Assembly (NCBI GenBank): GCA_024346625.1
Contig: AP024664.1
Coordinates: forward strand, 3,162,001 to 3,226,000
DNA length: 64,000 nt
Reading direction: 5' to 3'
DNA from: Williopsis jadinii
Lineage: Eukaryota
This document shows, one piece after another, positions 32,328 through 43,352 of this stretch. Under the pieces are notes generated by a model that saw only the letters and a program-made list of their open reading frames with translations, was not told where the DNA came from and did no database searches. Numbering within the stretch: position 1 is the stretch's first letter; each line of letters starts with the position of its first letter. Position numbers and translations under genes: made by a program.

Positions 32328-33040
32328 TCATTTCAATCTGGCAAAGAGTCGTGGTTGCACGCAATCGTTGATGTGGTGTTGTAAGTGGAAGTACTCCTCT
32401 ACACAGTCCTCTTTGTATTCCTTCTCTGCGTAGTCGGGTTCCTCTTGGGCCTTCGTAACCCTCTCAACGCATTCTTGATAGTGATGCAGGGAAGGCTTGA
32501 CGCTTGGAAGCGTAGCACAATCGGCTCTTAGCTTGTCCAGCGGATCAGCGACCTCATCCTCGTCGTCCTCGTCGTCGTCGTCATCATCACCCTCGTCGTC
32601 ATCACCCCCTTCAGCATCACCCTCTTCAACATCGCCCTCTTCAGAAGAACTCTCTGCACCAGTTTCCGCCTGTGAAATGACACCTTCTTCGACAAAACTA
32701 TCGTTATCCTCGCCAGAACTACCTTCGGAAGCCGTTGTCTCCTCTGAAGAAGAGCTTGACTGGTCAATCTTTGTGGTTGGTTTGTCTTCACCTTCATCCT
32801 TTTCAGCTTCTTTCAAGTCAGTGTAGTCCCTCGGAACATCTTCAGGAATTGCCTCCACCTTTGGGATGAGAGCTTCATCTGGAATATCAGATACTGTTGC
32901 CTGGTAAAAACGTTAGTTACAGTCACAGTGTCCTCAGCATCAACGCTGAAGCAAATATAATCCAAATCACTTGGAACACTTACATCAGCAGACGCAATAG
33001 TTGGAGTGAATATATCGATTAGATCGTTCAAGAAAGTCAT
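32328..33040 (-). CDS. QCR6: Cytochrome bc1 hinge subunit 6, 209 aa, 2 exons (33040-32984, 32900-32328)
   Basis: 83-nt intron GTAAGT...AACTAAC...CAG; MTFLNDLIDIFTPTIASAD start, very acidic middle, C-terminal DPLDKLR...HHYQECVERV...EDCVEEYFHLQH hinge domain. Confidence 0.9.
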
Positions 33041-36034
33041 CAAAGATCTGTGTTTCTTTCAGAGGAGCCCAGATACCACTTGGTACTCTTCACTTGGATC
33101 AGAGGCATTCTTGAAAGCGAACAAAACGGTGTAGTTATCAATTGCAGTTTGCTACTCAAATCACACAGCAATCGTCAAGAAATACGGTGATATCATTGGC
33201 TGGTGCGCAATGTGAAAAAAGTAGCCGCTGTATACCAAGAACTTGCTTGTGAGGCAACCTCAAGCCGTTTAGTAGACGATGATCATCAATACTGAGAAAT
33301 CACAGCTCCTCAGATACAGAAATGTTAACCATCACACCCTCCTTTTGAAGATAGAGAGGCGTTTCTTAGCGAGGGTACCAAATCCATCGATGCTCTCGGT
33401 AGTTTGACTTTCGGGACAATTTGACAGGTCCAGCCATCACTCTCCGACATGGACCAAACAAAGCGATAAATCAGATAACAATATAGCGGTTCTGAAACTT
33501 GTTCTTCGAATTCATGTTGAATCTCTACAGTTCGTTTGTCCAAGTTGATTAACTAACGTTGCTGCTTCACACCTCAATGACACTGGCTAATGTCTGTTGG
33601 CCTATGGGTGCGGCCTCGGACAACGAACGTACTTTTCGACGCGAAATTCGGACATGCAGATCTTACTTCGCGGAGAGAGGAGAGGGGCTAATTTGTCCCA
33701 AAAAATCACCGATAGACGTTACAGCACTGGACAAACGTATTTCATACATTTTCTTCCTGTTGCATCACAACACTTTGGATTGTGCTTTTGTAAGATCGAT
33801 CTCAAAATCATGTGCCAAAACTGGCTGAAAGGTAGATATTGTTCAATGAGCGACATTGTCAGTGAGATTGTGTGTTTATTTAAAGTTTAGACTGTTTTAT
33901 TGCACCCCCAAACACTTCGGCCGATTGCAAAGGACGGTTTGCATGATATACATTGATGCCTTCCAATGACACCGCTAATACTATTGAAGAGGTTTCCGAC
34001 TTAGGGTGCAAGCTTTAAATCCACCATAACTACAGTAGGTTTATTGTCCTTGTGAATGCCTGAAAATTACCGTGTTAAATGTCGGTTTACGTACAGAGAG
34101 AGTATCAATCTACAGAACCAAGCATTTTTTTTTCGTATATAGCTAACCTGTTGATTCAAGTCGATGATTGCCTAACAAATAACAACAATCTACATTTGTT
34201 TGTTCTGACGGCTATCTTCTCAAACAGTGGATACTAGAGTAGTTATGCGTTAATTACAATTGTGGTTATACCATCGGAAAGAAGTTTATTCGGGAGATTG
34301 AATGTCGCTTATACTGAGAGCCGGGGCCAGTATTTACACCAAGTGCATACATCGTTTGCTTAACGCTGTTGTCATAGTGATTTTAATGTAGAAAACACCA
34401 GCTTTTTTATCCATTATACTCAGACGTCTGTGTGGGTAAATCAGCTTTGGCTGTTGACGAAGTCTATGAAATGATGAAAGGACAATCCCCTCTCTTTGTA
34501 AGGAAGCTGAATTTCCATATAGCTTAAATTAGACAACCTTCTCTTTCCCACGGGCAGGTGAACGACAAAAGATGTAAATCAGATCTACAGTGATGTCGTA
34601 GCCAATCAACATGATAGTAACCGACAGCGTGTATAAAAAAAAGCCGGAGTTTGTCCTGTCTGATTGGCTTTCAAGCGATTTTGCGACGGGGTTTCTACAT
34701 GATGTTTCCGGAAATGGTACGGTGTAGCCCCAGAGTTTGTCCACGCGAGCGTCTGGGGAGGTTTTTTTTCCCCAGCAGCGTGATCACCCGGGACATTTAG
34801 GCTATTCGAGAGGGGCTATTTTTTTTCAACTTGTAACGTTTATAGAGTTTTGAGAGAATTGCAACCCTAGACAAGTTTCCGATCACATCTATGGCAATAT
34901 TATATTTTCTGTAAGTCATCATAGGACTCGTTAACCATCCTATAAGTCAGTTCTATGTGTATAAAATACCCACCACATCTTGAACTTTGGATAACAATAC
35001 TGTAGTGCACTTTGTTTGAAATGCACGGTTGAAGTTTTCCCAACGGCTAAAAGTCCCGGGGCGAAACCGTGTAGTAGGCTGCATCCCTCCGGCTTTCGGT
35101 GAAACTTCTTCCATGCTAGACTCCAGCTCGGGCCTCCAGCACTTTGATGCACACCCAACACGAACGGAAATGCTCCCAGTATCGAGCGTTTGTACGATTC
35201 TGAAGACACGTCGCCGGTTGGAAAGCTGTTTCATTCCACTCCGTTGGCTACTGTGGCGACAAAATCTTCAGTAAGAGCAATCGGTGAGCGCCCAACAATA
35301 GGTTCTGATATGAATGCCATTTAATCATGGACAAGACAAATGACTCTTGCCTGGGTTCACAAGGAAGACAGGCGCTGTACCATCGATGTCATTGCGCTTA
35401 AAAATGGGCTCGTTGGTGCGGTAGCCCCCCCCCCCCCAAATTCCCACATTTTAAACTTTGATCGCATGTTCTACTCCAACGGCGTTTTTCCCCATGGGGG
35501 GAGAGGGGTGTGGTCCAAATCCATAGGATTATTCAGCCTTTGTCCACCCGTAACTTCCAATGGCTAATCGTCTTCCGAGCGTCCTAAAAACGAGGTGTCC
35601 GCTACACACAGCACCTTGGAACTTAGTACTAACACCCAAAGTGTCTTACTGAAGAATACCAAACTGGCTTCTAGGACCATTTTGTCCCCGCCACTGTACA
35701 TGGTCTTCACAAGCCAACTACTGATTCCTTCCCCACTAAGTGGAAATGTCTCTTGTCCAAAATTTCTCTCCCACTGGTGTTCGTTTTTTTTTTGGGACAT
35801 CTCCGCCTAAAATCATGCATTTACGCGCAGTCTGTTGCCTAGCCGCCGCATAAGTTTCTCCAGAGTTGCAACCGCTGGCAATGTTGTCGATGCACAAATA
35901 CACGCGCTCTTTTTTTTCGCCTTCTCGACAGCAAGGTATAAAAAGCCGGCCTTGCACCCCTGTTTCTGTAGATATTTGTCTACTCTTTCCATCTCCACCT
36001 TGGACTAACATACACTCCATATTCTGCTATCACA

Positions 36035-37849
36035 ATGACTGACAGAGAGCACAGTTTGATCGCCTCCATCGATATTGGTACCACTTCCTCCAGAGCCATT
36101 CTTTTCAACAGAAAGGGTCAAGAGGTTGCTAAGCACCAGATCGAGTACTCCACAACCGCCAACACCACCGCTGATGGTGAGACTAAGATCTTCTCTGCCG
36201 AGGGTATTGCCATCTCTGCCAACGAGGACCTGGAGATTGAGGATGACCACGACTCCAGAGGACCAACTCTGAGATTCCCAAACCCAGGCTGGGTCGAGGT
36301 TAAGCCAGCACACGTCTTGGCCAACGGTGTCCAGTGTCTTGCTGCCTGTATCATCACTTTGGAGAAGATTAACGCTGAGCGTGAATCCAAGGGTGAGAAG
36401 CCACTCAAGGTGACTGCCATTGGTATTGCCAACATGAGAGAAACAACCATTGTTTGGGATAAGAAGACTGGTCGCTCGCTGAACTATGGTATTGTCTGGA
36501 ATGATACCAGAACTGCTGATATTGTCCATAAGAAGAAGGCTTCTGTCTCCGCCGAGACATTGGAGAAGCTGAGACAAAAGTGTGGTGTTCCACTCTCCAC
36601 TTACTTCTCTGCTTCCAAGTTGAGATGGTTGATTGACAATGACGAGGAGGTTAAGGCACTTTACGAGAAGGGTGAGTTGATGTTTGGTACCATCGACACT
36701 TGGTTGATCTACCACATGACCAAGGAGCACGCCCATGTCTCCGATGTCACCAACGCGTCCAGAACTATGTTCATGGACATTCAAACCTTCCAATACGACG
36801 ACGAGTTGCTTGCTCTCTGGGACATTGATTCCAAGAAGGTTACATTGCCAAAGATTGTCTCCTCCGCTGAGCACTACGGTACTTTCAGCGTTCCAGAAAT
36901 TGACAGCCTTGGTTTCGCAGGTGCCCTCTCTAGTACTGCCATTGAGAAGTTGAACACCCTCAAGGGTGTTCCAATCTCTGGTTGTTTGGGTGATCAATCT
37001 GCCTCTTTGGTTGGTCAATTGGCTTTGAAGCAAGGTGCTGCTAAGTGTACCTACGGTACTGGTTGTTTCTTGCTTTACAACACTGGTAAGAAGACCCTTG
37101 TCTCCACCCAAGGTGCTTTGACCACTGTTGGTTTCTGGTTCCCAGCTTTGGGTGAGAGTGAGAACTACGCCCATTATGCTTTGGAGGGTTCCATTGCTGT
37201 TGCCGGTTCTGTTGTCCAATGGTTGAGAGACAACTTGAAGTTGATCAACGCTGCCTCAGATATTGGTCCATTGGCAAACCAAGTTCCAAACTCTGGTGGT
37301 GTTGTCTTCGTTCCAGCTTTCTCTGGTTTGTTTGCTCCATACTGGGATTCCGAGGCTAGAGGTACCATCTTGGGTCTCACTCAATACACAACTGCCTCCC
37401 ACATTGCCAGAGCTGCTTTGGAAGGTGTCTGCTACCAAGCCCGTGCCATTTTGAAGGCCATGGCTTCTGATGCCGGTGCTGATGGTGATTTCTTGGAGCA
37501 AGCCGAGGGCACCTACGAGAAGGCTCCATTGTCTCTTTTGGCTGTTGATGGTGGTATGTCCAAGTCTGACGAAGTTATGCAAATCCAAGCTGATATCTTG
37601 GGTCCATGTGTCACTGTTAGAAGATCTCCAAACGCTGAAGCCACTGCTCTTGGTGCTGCTATCGCTGCTGGTCTTGCCGAGAAGGATGCCTCGAAGAGAT
37701 TGTGGGACGACTTGGATGACGTTGTGGCCTCCATTGGTGGTGAGTCCCAAGGTGACTTCAAGTCCAAGTCCATTGACACCGAGAGAAGAGCTCACTGGAC
37801 CTTGTGGGAGAGAGCTGTTGAGAGAGCCAAGGGTTGGATCCAGGAGTGA
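36035..37849 (+). CDS. GUT1: Glycerol kinase
   Basis: IDIGTTSSR, NMRETT, VTNASRT, GDQSASLVG, KCTYGTG and FVPAFSGLFAPYW motifs. Confidence 0.97.
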   Translation: MTDREHSLIASIDIGTTSSRAILFNRKGQEVAKHQIEYSTTANTTADGETKIFSAEGIAISANEDLEIEDDHDSRGPTLRFPNPGWVEVKPAHVLANGVQCLAACIITLEKINAERESKGEKPLKVTAIGIANMRETTIVWDKKTGRSLNYGIVWNDTRTADIVHKKKASVSAETLEKLRQKCGVPLSTYFSASKLRWLIDNDEEVKALYEKGELMFGTIDTWLIYHMTKEHAHVSDVTNASRTMFMDIQTFQYDDELLALWDIDSKKVTLPKIVSSAEHYGTFSVPEIDSLGFAGALSSTAIEKLNTLKGVPISGCLGDQSASLVGQLALKQGAAKCTYGTGCFLLYNTGKKTLVSTQGALTTVGFWFPALGESENYAHYALEGSIAVAGSVVQWLRDNLKLINAASDIGPLANQVPNSGGVVFVPAFSGLFAPYWDSEARGTILGLTQYTTASHIARAALEGVCYQARAILKAMASDAGADGDFLEQAEGTYEKAPLSLLAVDGGMSKSDEVMQIQADILGPCVTVRRSPNAEATALGAAIAAGLAEKDASKRLWDDLDDVVASIGGESQGDFKSKSIDTERRAHWTLWERAVERAKGWIQE

Positions 37850-38025
37850 ATCCTTTAAAACAAAACTACGCTGCATGTTGAGATGATTTAATGGCTTCCA
37901 ATGAGTATTTTTTTCTATGTTAATGTCTTTTCTTTGTTTTGTTACCATATATATATATTCCTGTTTTAATATCTGATCTTGAGGATTTGCATGCTATACC
38001 TGTGTATAGGTATCTGTTGTAGATT

Positions 38026-40500
38026 CTAATATACAATTGACTGGTGTAAAGTGAAGGCCTGTGTTACACTCTTGACATCGTCACTTGACTGGCCAACGAT
38101 GACGTTGTATTCACCAGCACTGGAGAGCCATTTCTGCACTTCTTCATCAAAATATGAAGTTGATGTCTTCAAAGGAACAGAGAACGTTATCAATTGTTCA
38201 TGTCCGCTCTCCAAAGATCGTTTCTCGAATGCCTTGAGCTCTTTCACCGGTCTTCCCTTTGAATCTGCTCTACCGACATATAGTTGAACGACAACAGAGC
38301 CTTGAAGTTGACCAGTGTTCCTGGCTGTTATTGAAGCTTCCAATGAATCACCATTCACGTTCACAACCAGGCCGGTGAGCTCAAACGTGGTGTACGACAG
38401 GCCATGGCCGAAAGCGAAGAGAACATCTCTGCTCACCTTGTCGAAGTACCGGTATCCCACGTAGATATCTTCACCATAAAGAACTCTGCCGTTTTGAGTA
38501 GTGTTGTTTATATATGATGGTGTATCTTCGAGCCGTCTGGGAAACGTTATCGGGAGCTTGCCAGAAGGGTTGCTGTTGCCAAACAGCACATCAGCCAGTG
38601 CGTTGCTGCCTTCAATTCCCCCATAAGATTGATGAACCAATGCCTTCACCCTACTGGCCCACGGCATTTCCACAGGAGTTCCTGATTGTATAACAACAAC
38701 TGTATCAGCATTAGCCTCTAGCAACGCTTCAATCAGCTTGTTGCTTTCACCTGGTATCATGAGATCGTCTCTATCAGAGCCTTCGGATTCATGGTCATGA
38801 TTGAGTCCTGTGACAACGAGAATCTGCTCATAGTCCTTTGCTTTCTGCAACACCGTTTCTATTGGATTGGGAACTATCTTCAGCCCACCAAATCTCAAGC
38901 CACCACCACCGCTGAAGGTCCTATTACCGGAGACGTTGCTGGTTGCTGATGATCCAAACTCGATTCTCAAGGCGTAGGACTTGCCTTTCTTCACCTGGTA
39001 CTTCCCGTAAACTTCCACTGTTCCCGAGCCATAGAACGATTCACCGAGCTTCTGGTTTGTGGAGTTGTCAATCACCAGCTCATTATCAATGTAGAGGTTG
39101 GCAGTGCCATCTACTGCTATTCCAAAGGTGTACTCACCGTCATGTTGTGGAATAAAGGTGGAAGTTAAGGTAGCGTAGAATCTCAGCGACTTTAGGCCAG
39201 GATGTGTATAATCATTCATCCTGAAGTAGTTGATGTTCTTGAACTGGATGGTATCAAACGGTGTTCTGCCAGGTACCGAGGGTGGCTCATTGAACAGCTC
39301 GATCAGGGTTCCATTACTCTCTCCATTGAAGAGCTCTTGTGCAAGACTTGGTAAGTACTTGTGGTTATAAGCACCAAAGTCGTACACCACCTTTTCATCA
39401 CCAACAATGCTGGTAATAGCCTGTAAGGGAGAGACATAGTAGTATGGTGTTGACAACGCAGAGCCACCACCTGAGTAGATGGCGTAGGGAGCGTTTGGCC
39501 CTACAACCAGCACCTTCTTCCGCCTATTCAATGGTAACACATTATCCTCGTTCTTCAACAGGACAATGCCTTCAGATGCAAGCTCCTTCAGCAGCTCACG
39601 ATCCTCTGGCAGGTTTCTCTCTGTCTCTGGGGCTCTTTCTGGGATTTTAGAAGCCTGGACTCTGTGAACAAGCCTCAGCACATTCTTTACACGTTCATCC
39701 AGGGCTCTGAGAGACACGGTCTTTGCTAAAAGAGCATGTTGAAGCAACACGCCTCTGAATTTGGCTGGTCCTGGCATCTCGAGGTCGAGTCCCGCATTGA
39801 TGGCTTCAGAAGTAGAGTACGTGCCAGTCCAATCTGACATGACTGTACCGTCCCAGCCCCATTCTTCCCTCAAGATACTGTACAGTATCTTGTTTTCACT
39901 TGCGTGGACTCCATTGACCTTATTGTACGAAGTCATCAGTGCTAAAGGCTTTGCTTTCTCAATGGCAATTTCAAATGGCTTGAGATATATCTCTCGCAAG
40001 GCACGGTCAGATATGATGGAATTGGAAGAGAAGCGTTCGTTCTCTTGATCGTTGCCAACAAAGTGCTTGATACAGGCAGCCACACCGTCATACTGGATGC
40101 CCTTAATGTAGGACGCTGCCAATTCACCACTCAACAAGGGGTCTTCAGAGAAGGATTCAAACCCACGGCCACCGTTGGGGATCCTTTGTATATTAACAGT
40201 AGGCCCTAGGACAACACCAGCACCCTTCGCCCTCGCCTCTTTCTCTAGCAACTGACCAGCTTTGTACAGTAGCTCCTTATTCCAAGTTGCGCCTAATGCT
40301 GTTCCCACTGGAATCGCAGCCGTTGGCGTACTGTTGAAATGGTGCTGGCCCCTTATACCGTTAGGACCATCTGACGTTCTGATGGAGGGGACATTAAGCC
40401 TGTGCACTGGAGCAGTGTGCCAATAGTCCACGCCTGAAACCAACGATATCTTTTCCTGGATGGTTAATTGGCCCAATACCTCTTCAACATCAAAACACAT
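38026..40500 (-). CDS. Intracellular GH3 beta-glucosidase with PA14 and FnIII domains
   Basis: SDGPNGIRG, GRGFESFSEDP, IKHFVGNDQE, VMSDW (nucleophile), ESEGSDR, NPSGKLP and YGEDIYVGYRY; no signal peptide. Confidence 0.95.
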   Translation of the reverse strand: MCFDVEEVLGQLTIQEKISLVSGVDYWHTAPVHRLNVPSIRTSDGPNGIRGQHHFNSTPTAAIPVGTALGATWNKELLYKAGQLLEKEARAKGAGVVLGPTVNIQRIPNGGRGFESFSEDPLLSGELAASYIKGIQYDGVAACIKHFVGNDQENERFSSNSIISDRALREIYLKPFEIAIEKAKPLALMTSYNKVNGVHASENKILYSILREEWGWDGTVMSDWTGTYSTSEAINAGLDLEMPGPAKFRGVLLQHALLAKTVSLRALDERVKNVLRLVHRVQASKIPERAPETERNLPEDRELLKELASEGIVLLKNEDNVLPLNRRKKVLVVGPNAPYAIYSGGGSALSTPYYYVSPLQAITSIVGDEKVVYDFGAYNHKYLPSLAQELFNGESNGTLIELFNEPPSVPGRTPFDTIQFKNINYFRMNDYTHPGLKSLRFYATLTSTFIPQHDGEYTFGIAVDGTANLYIDNELVIDNSTNQKLGESFYGSGTVEVYGKYQVKKGKSYALRIEFGSSATSNVSGNRTFSGGGGLRFGGLKIVPNPIETVLQKAKDYEQILVVTGLNHDHESEGSDRDDLMIPGESNKLIEALLEANADTVVVIQSGTPVEMPWASRVKALVHQSYGGIEGSNALADVLFGNSNPSGKLPITFPRRLEDTPSYINNTTQNGRVLYGEDIYVGYRYFDKVSRDVLFAFGHGLSYTTFELTGLVVNVNGDSLEASITARNTGQLQGSVVVQLYVGRADSKGRPVKELKAFEKRSLESGHEQLITFSVPLKTSTSYFDEEVQKWLSSAGEYNVIVGQSSDDVKSVTQAFTLHQSIVY

Positions 40501-41597
40501 TTGGGGCTATAGCTTGAGGTAAGACACTCTTGATATTGTATTTTACAGCATCTTTAGGATAAAACAGACTTGTTATATCTGCGGAGAGGCCGGGACAAGC
40601 TGATGCGAAGCATATCTGTAAAGAGATCTGCAACCGATAATTGATGCGAAGAGGCCTCACAACTCCCAACGCTCATGACTGGCAACATTCAAGTCGCAAC
40701 ACATGAAGATCGTCGCTGAAAGTGGTCTCGGCATGGCCTCATATGTGGCTTCTTTGGTGGTAGATCTCACTCGAGCTATCGGTGTTGAAGAAGCAGGCAT
40801 TGGTGTTGAGAAGGAAATTTTACGGAAGGTCGATCCCATACGCTGGAACCAGTGGTTTCTAAGAGAACGCCACACCACACTGGTTTGGGTTAATAATGAG
40901 TATGAGGGGCTTTACAAACAAGAAACTATGAGATATTTCAGTCACTCGTGAAGCACGGCATTATTATTAACGGTGAGCCATAGCTATTAGTGTGCATAGG
41001 AAGCTGTTGAATTACGTCCATTACGAGTTGGCTCAGGCGCATTTCACGACGCTCCAGAGCTCATGATTGAGTGTTCAGCAGGGGCCCTGGTCCCATAAAC
41101 GACAACCAGATTGGTCTTACTGACAAGAGATATTGCTTGAGTGTATAATTGTTCCAATGAATGGGAAGTTCGGCCCCTTCAAAACATTCGAAGAGGGCTG
41201 TTAACCGCAACCGGATAAATAGAGACGACTTTGGGGTTTTGAGTTGTTGTACAGCTCATCTCGCAGGATGCAGGCAGGACTTGACGCATTGCTTCCGCTA
41301 AAATACCCGAAACGGAACAATTATAGACTACTTTTTCTCCATGCTTTATTCATAATTCCCAATGTCATATCGGATGTATGGCCAAGAGTGGGTGGACTAA
41401 GGACCCTTTTCTCTTTGCTGCGACGATTGTGTGTTATGGGGTGCTTGTGCCACAACTGTGACCTCCACGGTGTGGTGAAGAGAGAGCACATAGCCATCCA
41501 AATGCTAAGTTATATATAAGAAGAGGATTGAGATGTATTGGATTCAATAGTGCTGCCTTATATCTCGCTCCTTAACATTGACAGAGTTATTCCGATC

Positions 41598-43193
41598 ATG
41601 CCAGAAAACATCGAAACTCGTAGCAGCAACTCTCGTGACTCGATCATCGAGAAGGAGAAGATCAATGAAAAGGTCACTATTACAAAGTCTGAAACGACGG
41701 ATTCTTCCCATTTCCTACAATCAGAAGTGTACCGAACTGTTGAGGAGGCTGTCCAAACGTCGGGTTATTATACTTATGTGGAAGAGAGGAAACTCTTAAG
41801 AAAGATTGATTTCCACTTAATGCCAATGTTAATCCTTTTGTATCTGTTCAAGAATCTTGACGTCAACAATGTCAGTTATTTGGTTACCCTTAACAAAGGA
41901 ACGAAATACAACATTCTTGAGCAGCTCGGAATGACAACCAATGAGTGGGCTTGGGTCAGCACCATCTATTTCATTCCGTTTGTCATCTTTGAGATCCCCT
42001 CGACGATGCTTCTTAAGAAAACAACTCCAAGAATTCATCAATTCCGGATTGCTCTCTTGTGGGGTGCTACCACAGCTTGTCAAGCCGCTGTGAAGAACAA
42101 AGAAGGTCTTTATGCTTTGAGATTCTTACTTGGTTTGTTCGAGGCTGGCCTCTACCCCAGTCAACTGACGCATTTGACGTACTGGTATAGACCAGATGAG
42201 ATCACAACGAGAATGGCCTTTCTTGGTGTCTTGGGATCGTTTTCAAGTGTTCTCACTGCCTTCATTACGTATGGTTTCAGTTTCGCCTCAGGTCATGGTA
42301 ATCTTTCTGCATGGCAGTATGTTTTCCTGGTCGAAGGTCTTGCCACACTATGTGTTGCAGTTTTAGGACTGTTCTTCTTGCCAAATTTCCCAGATACATC
42401 GAAGTGGCTTAGTGATGAAGAGAAGGCATATATCATTGCAAGATTGCCCCCTTCATCGCCAAAATCAACAGACAAAAACTTCAGTTGGAAACATGTTAAA
42501 GCTTCTCTTAAACGTCCAACATTGGTTTTGTTTGCTTTCCTGAGACTCTTCCAAAGTTTAGGGACTTACGGCCTGTCATTCTGGCTGCCTTCCATCATCC
42601 TTGAGTTCGGTATTACAAAAGCAAGTACAACACCACTCATGACTGTTCCATCTGCTGCAATGTCTGTGATTTCTGGAATCTTGTTCTCCTACGGTGTAGA
42701 CCGAGCAAAAATAACGCCACCGTATCTCGTTGCCTTCTCTCTGACAATTACCTTTGCAGCCTTCCTGGTACTGACACTTGTCACTAATAGTGCTGTTCTT
42801 TACGCCTTCATCATAATAGCCACTGTCGGTGCTTCCGCAGACGGTTCAGTGATGAGTTCATGGATGAACCAATCTTTGGACGGCTCTACCGAAGTTGGAT
42901 TCTCCTTATCTTTCGCAAACAGTGTTGCACAGCTCGGTGGTATCATTGGTCCACAGATGTTCAGATCCAGGTACTCACCACGCTATACCGTCCCATATTC
43001 GATCTGTCTTGCCTTTTTGGCCTCTGGAATCATAGTTCTGTCCTTCCTGTGGTACCTTACACGCAGTACCACCCGAAAAACTTTTGAACAGCGTAGGGAA
43101 AGGCTGCAAGAGCGTTCAAGGGACAAGAACGAGAAACCAATATACAACTCGGGTATTCCAGGAGTTGAAGTTAGCCTTGACAACAAGGTTTAG
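41598..43193 (+). CDS. MFS anion:cation symporter (Dal5/Tna1 family) permease
   Basis: LRKIDFHLMP, FEIPS, RFLLGLFEAG, WYRPDE and WQYVFLVEG motifs; ATG at 41598 below a TATA at about 41511. Confidence 0.9.
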   Translation: MPENIETRSSNSRDSIIEKEKINEKVTITKSETTDSSHFLQSEVYRTVEEAVQTSGYYTYVEERKLLRKIDFHLMPMLILLYLFKNLDVNNVSYLVTLNKGTKYNILEQLGMTTNEWAWVSTIYFIPFVIFEIPSTMLLKKTTPRIHQFRIALLWGATTACQAAVKNKEGLYALRFLLGLFEAGLYPSQLTHLTYWYRPDEITTRMAFLGVLGSFSSVLTAFITYGFSFASGHGNLSAWQYVFLVEGLATLCVAVLGLFFLPNFPDTSKWLSDEEKAYIIARLPPSSPKSTDKNFSWKHVKASLKRPTLVLFAFLRLFQSLGTYGLSFWLPSIILEFGITKASTTPLMTVPSAAMSVISGILFSYGVDRAKITPPYLVAFSLTITFAAFLVLTLVTNSAVLYAFIIIATVGASADGSVMSSWMNQSLDGSTEVGFSLSFANSVAQLGGIIGPQMFRSRYSPRYTVPYSICLAFLASGIIVLSFLWYLTRSTTRKTFEQRRERLQERSRDKNEKPIYNSGIPGVEVSLDNKV

Positions 43194-43289
43194 TTCTAAA
43201 ATAAGCTCTTCAAAGATGCTAAACACCCTGTAGAAACAACATAGCTGTACAGTTCTGCAGCAAAGATCAAAGTTCATACATGCATCTGG

Positions 43290-43352
43290 AGATGTGTGGA
43301 TGTAATATGACACCATGGACAAACGACGGTATGGATATAACACCCACACACC
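43290..43352. promoter_or_regulatory. Rap1-type sites upstream of RPL8
   Basis: ACACCCACACACC at 43340-43352 (+) and ACATCCACACATCT at 43303-43290 (-), 230-290 bp upstream of a ribosomal protein gene. Confidence 0.65.

Noticed and set aside
34466..34518. Box C/D snoRNA-like ATGATGA...CTGA
   Set aside because: Only about 45 nt long, weak terminal stem and no rRNA guide recognised.
35049..35070. AAAGTCCCGG resembling RNase MRP/P conserved region I
   Set aside because: No matching downstream conserved region V or P4 partner found.
36005..37948. Long antisense ORFs (404 aa and 230 aa) opposite GUT1
   Set aside because: Shadow ORFs caused by strong codon bias on the sense strand; no recognisable motifs.
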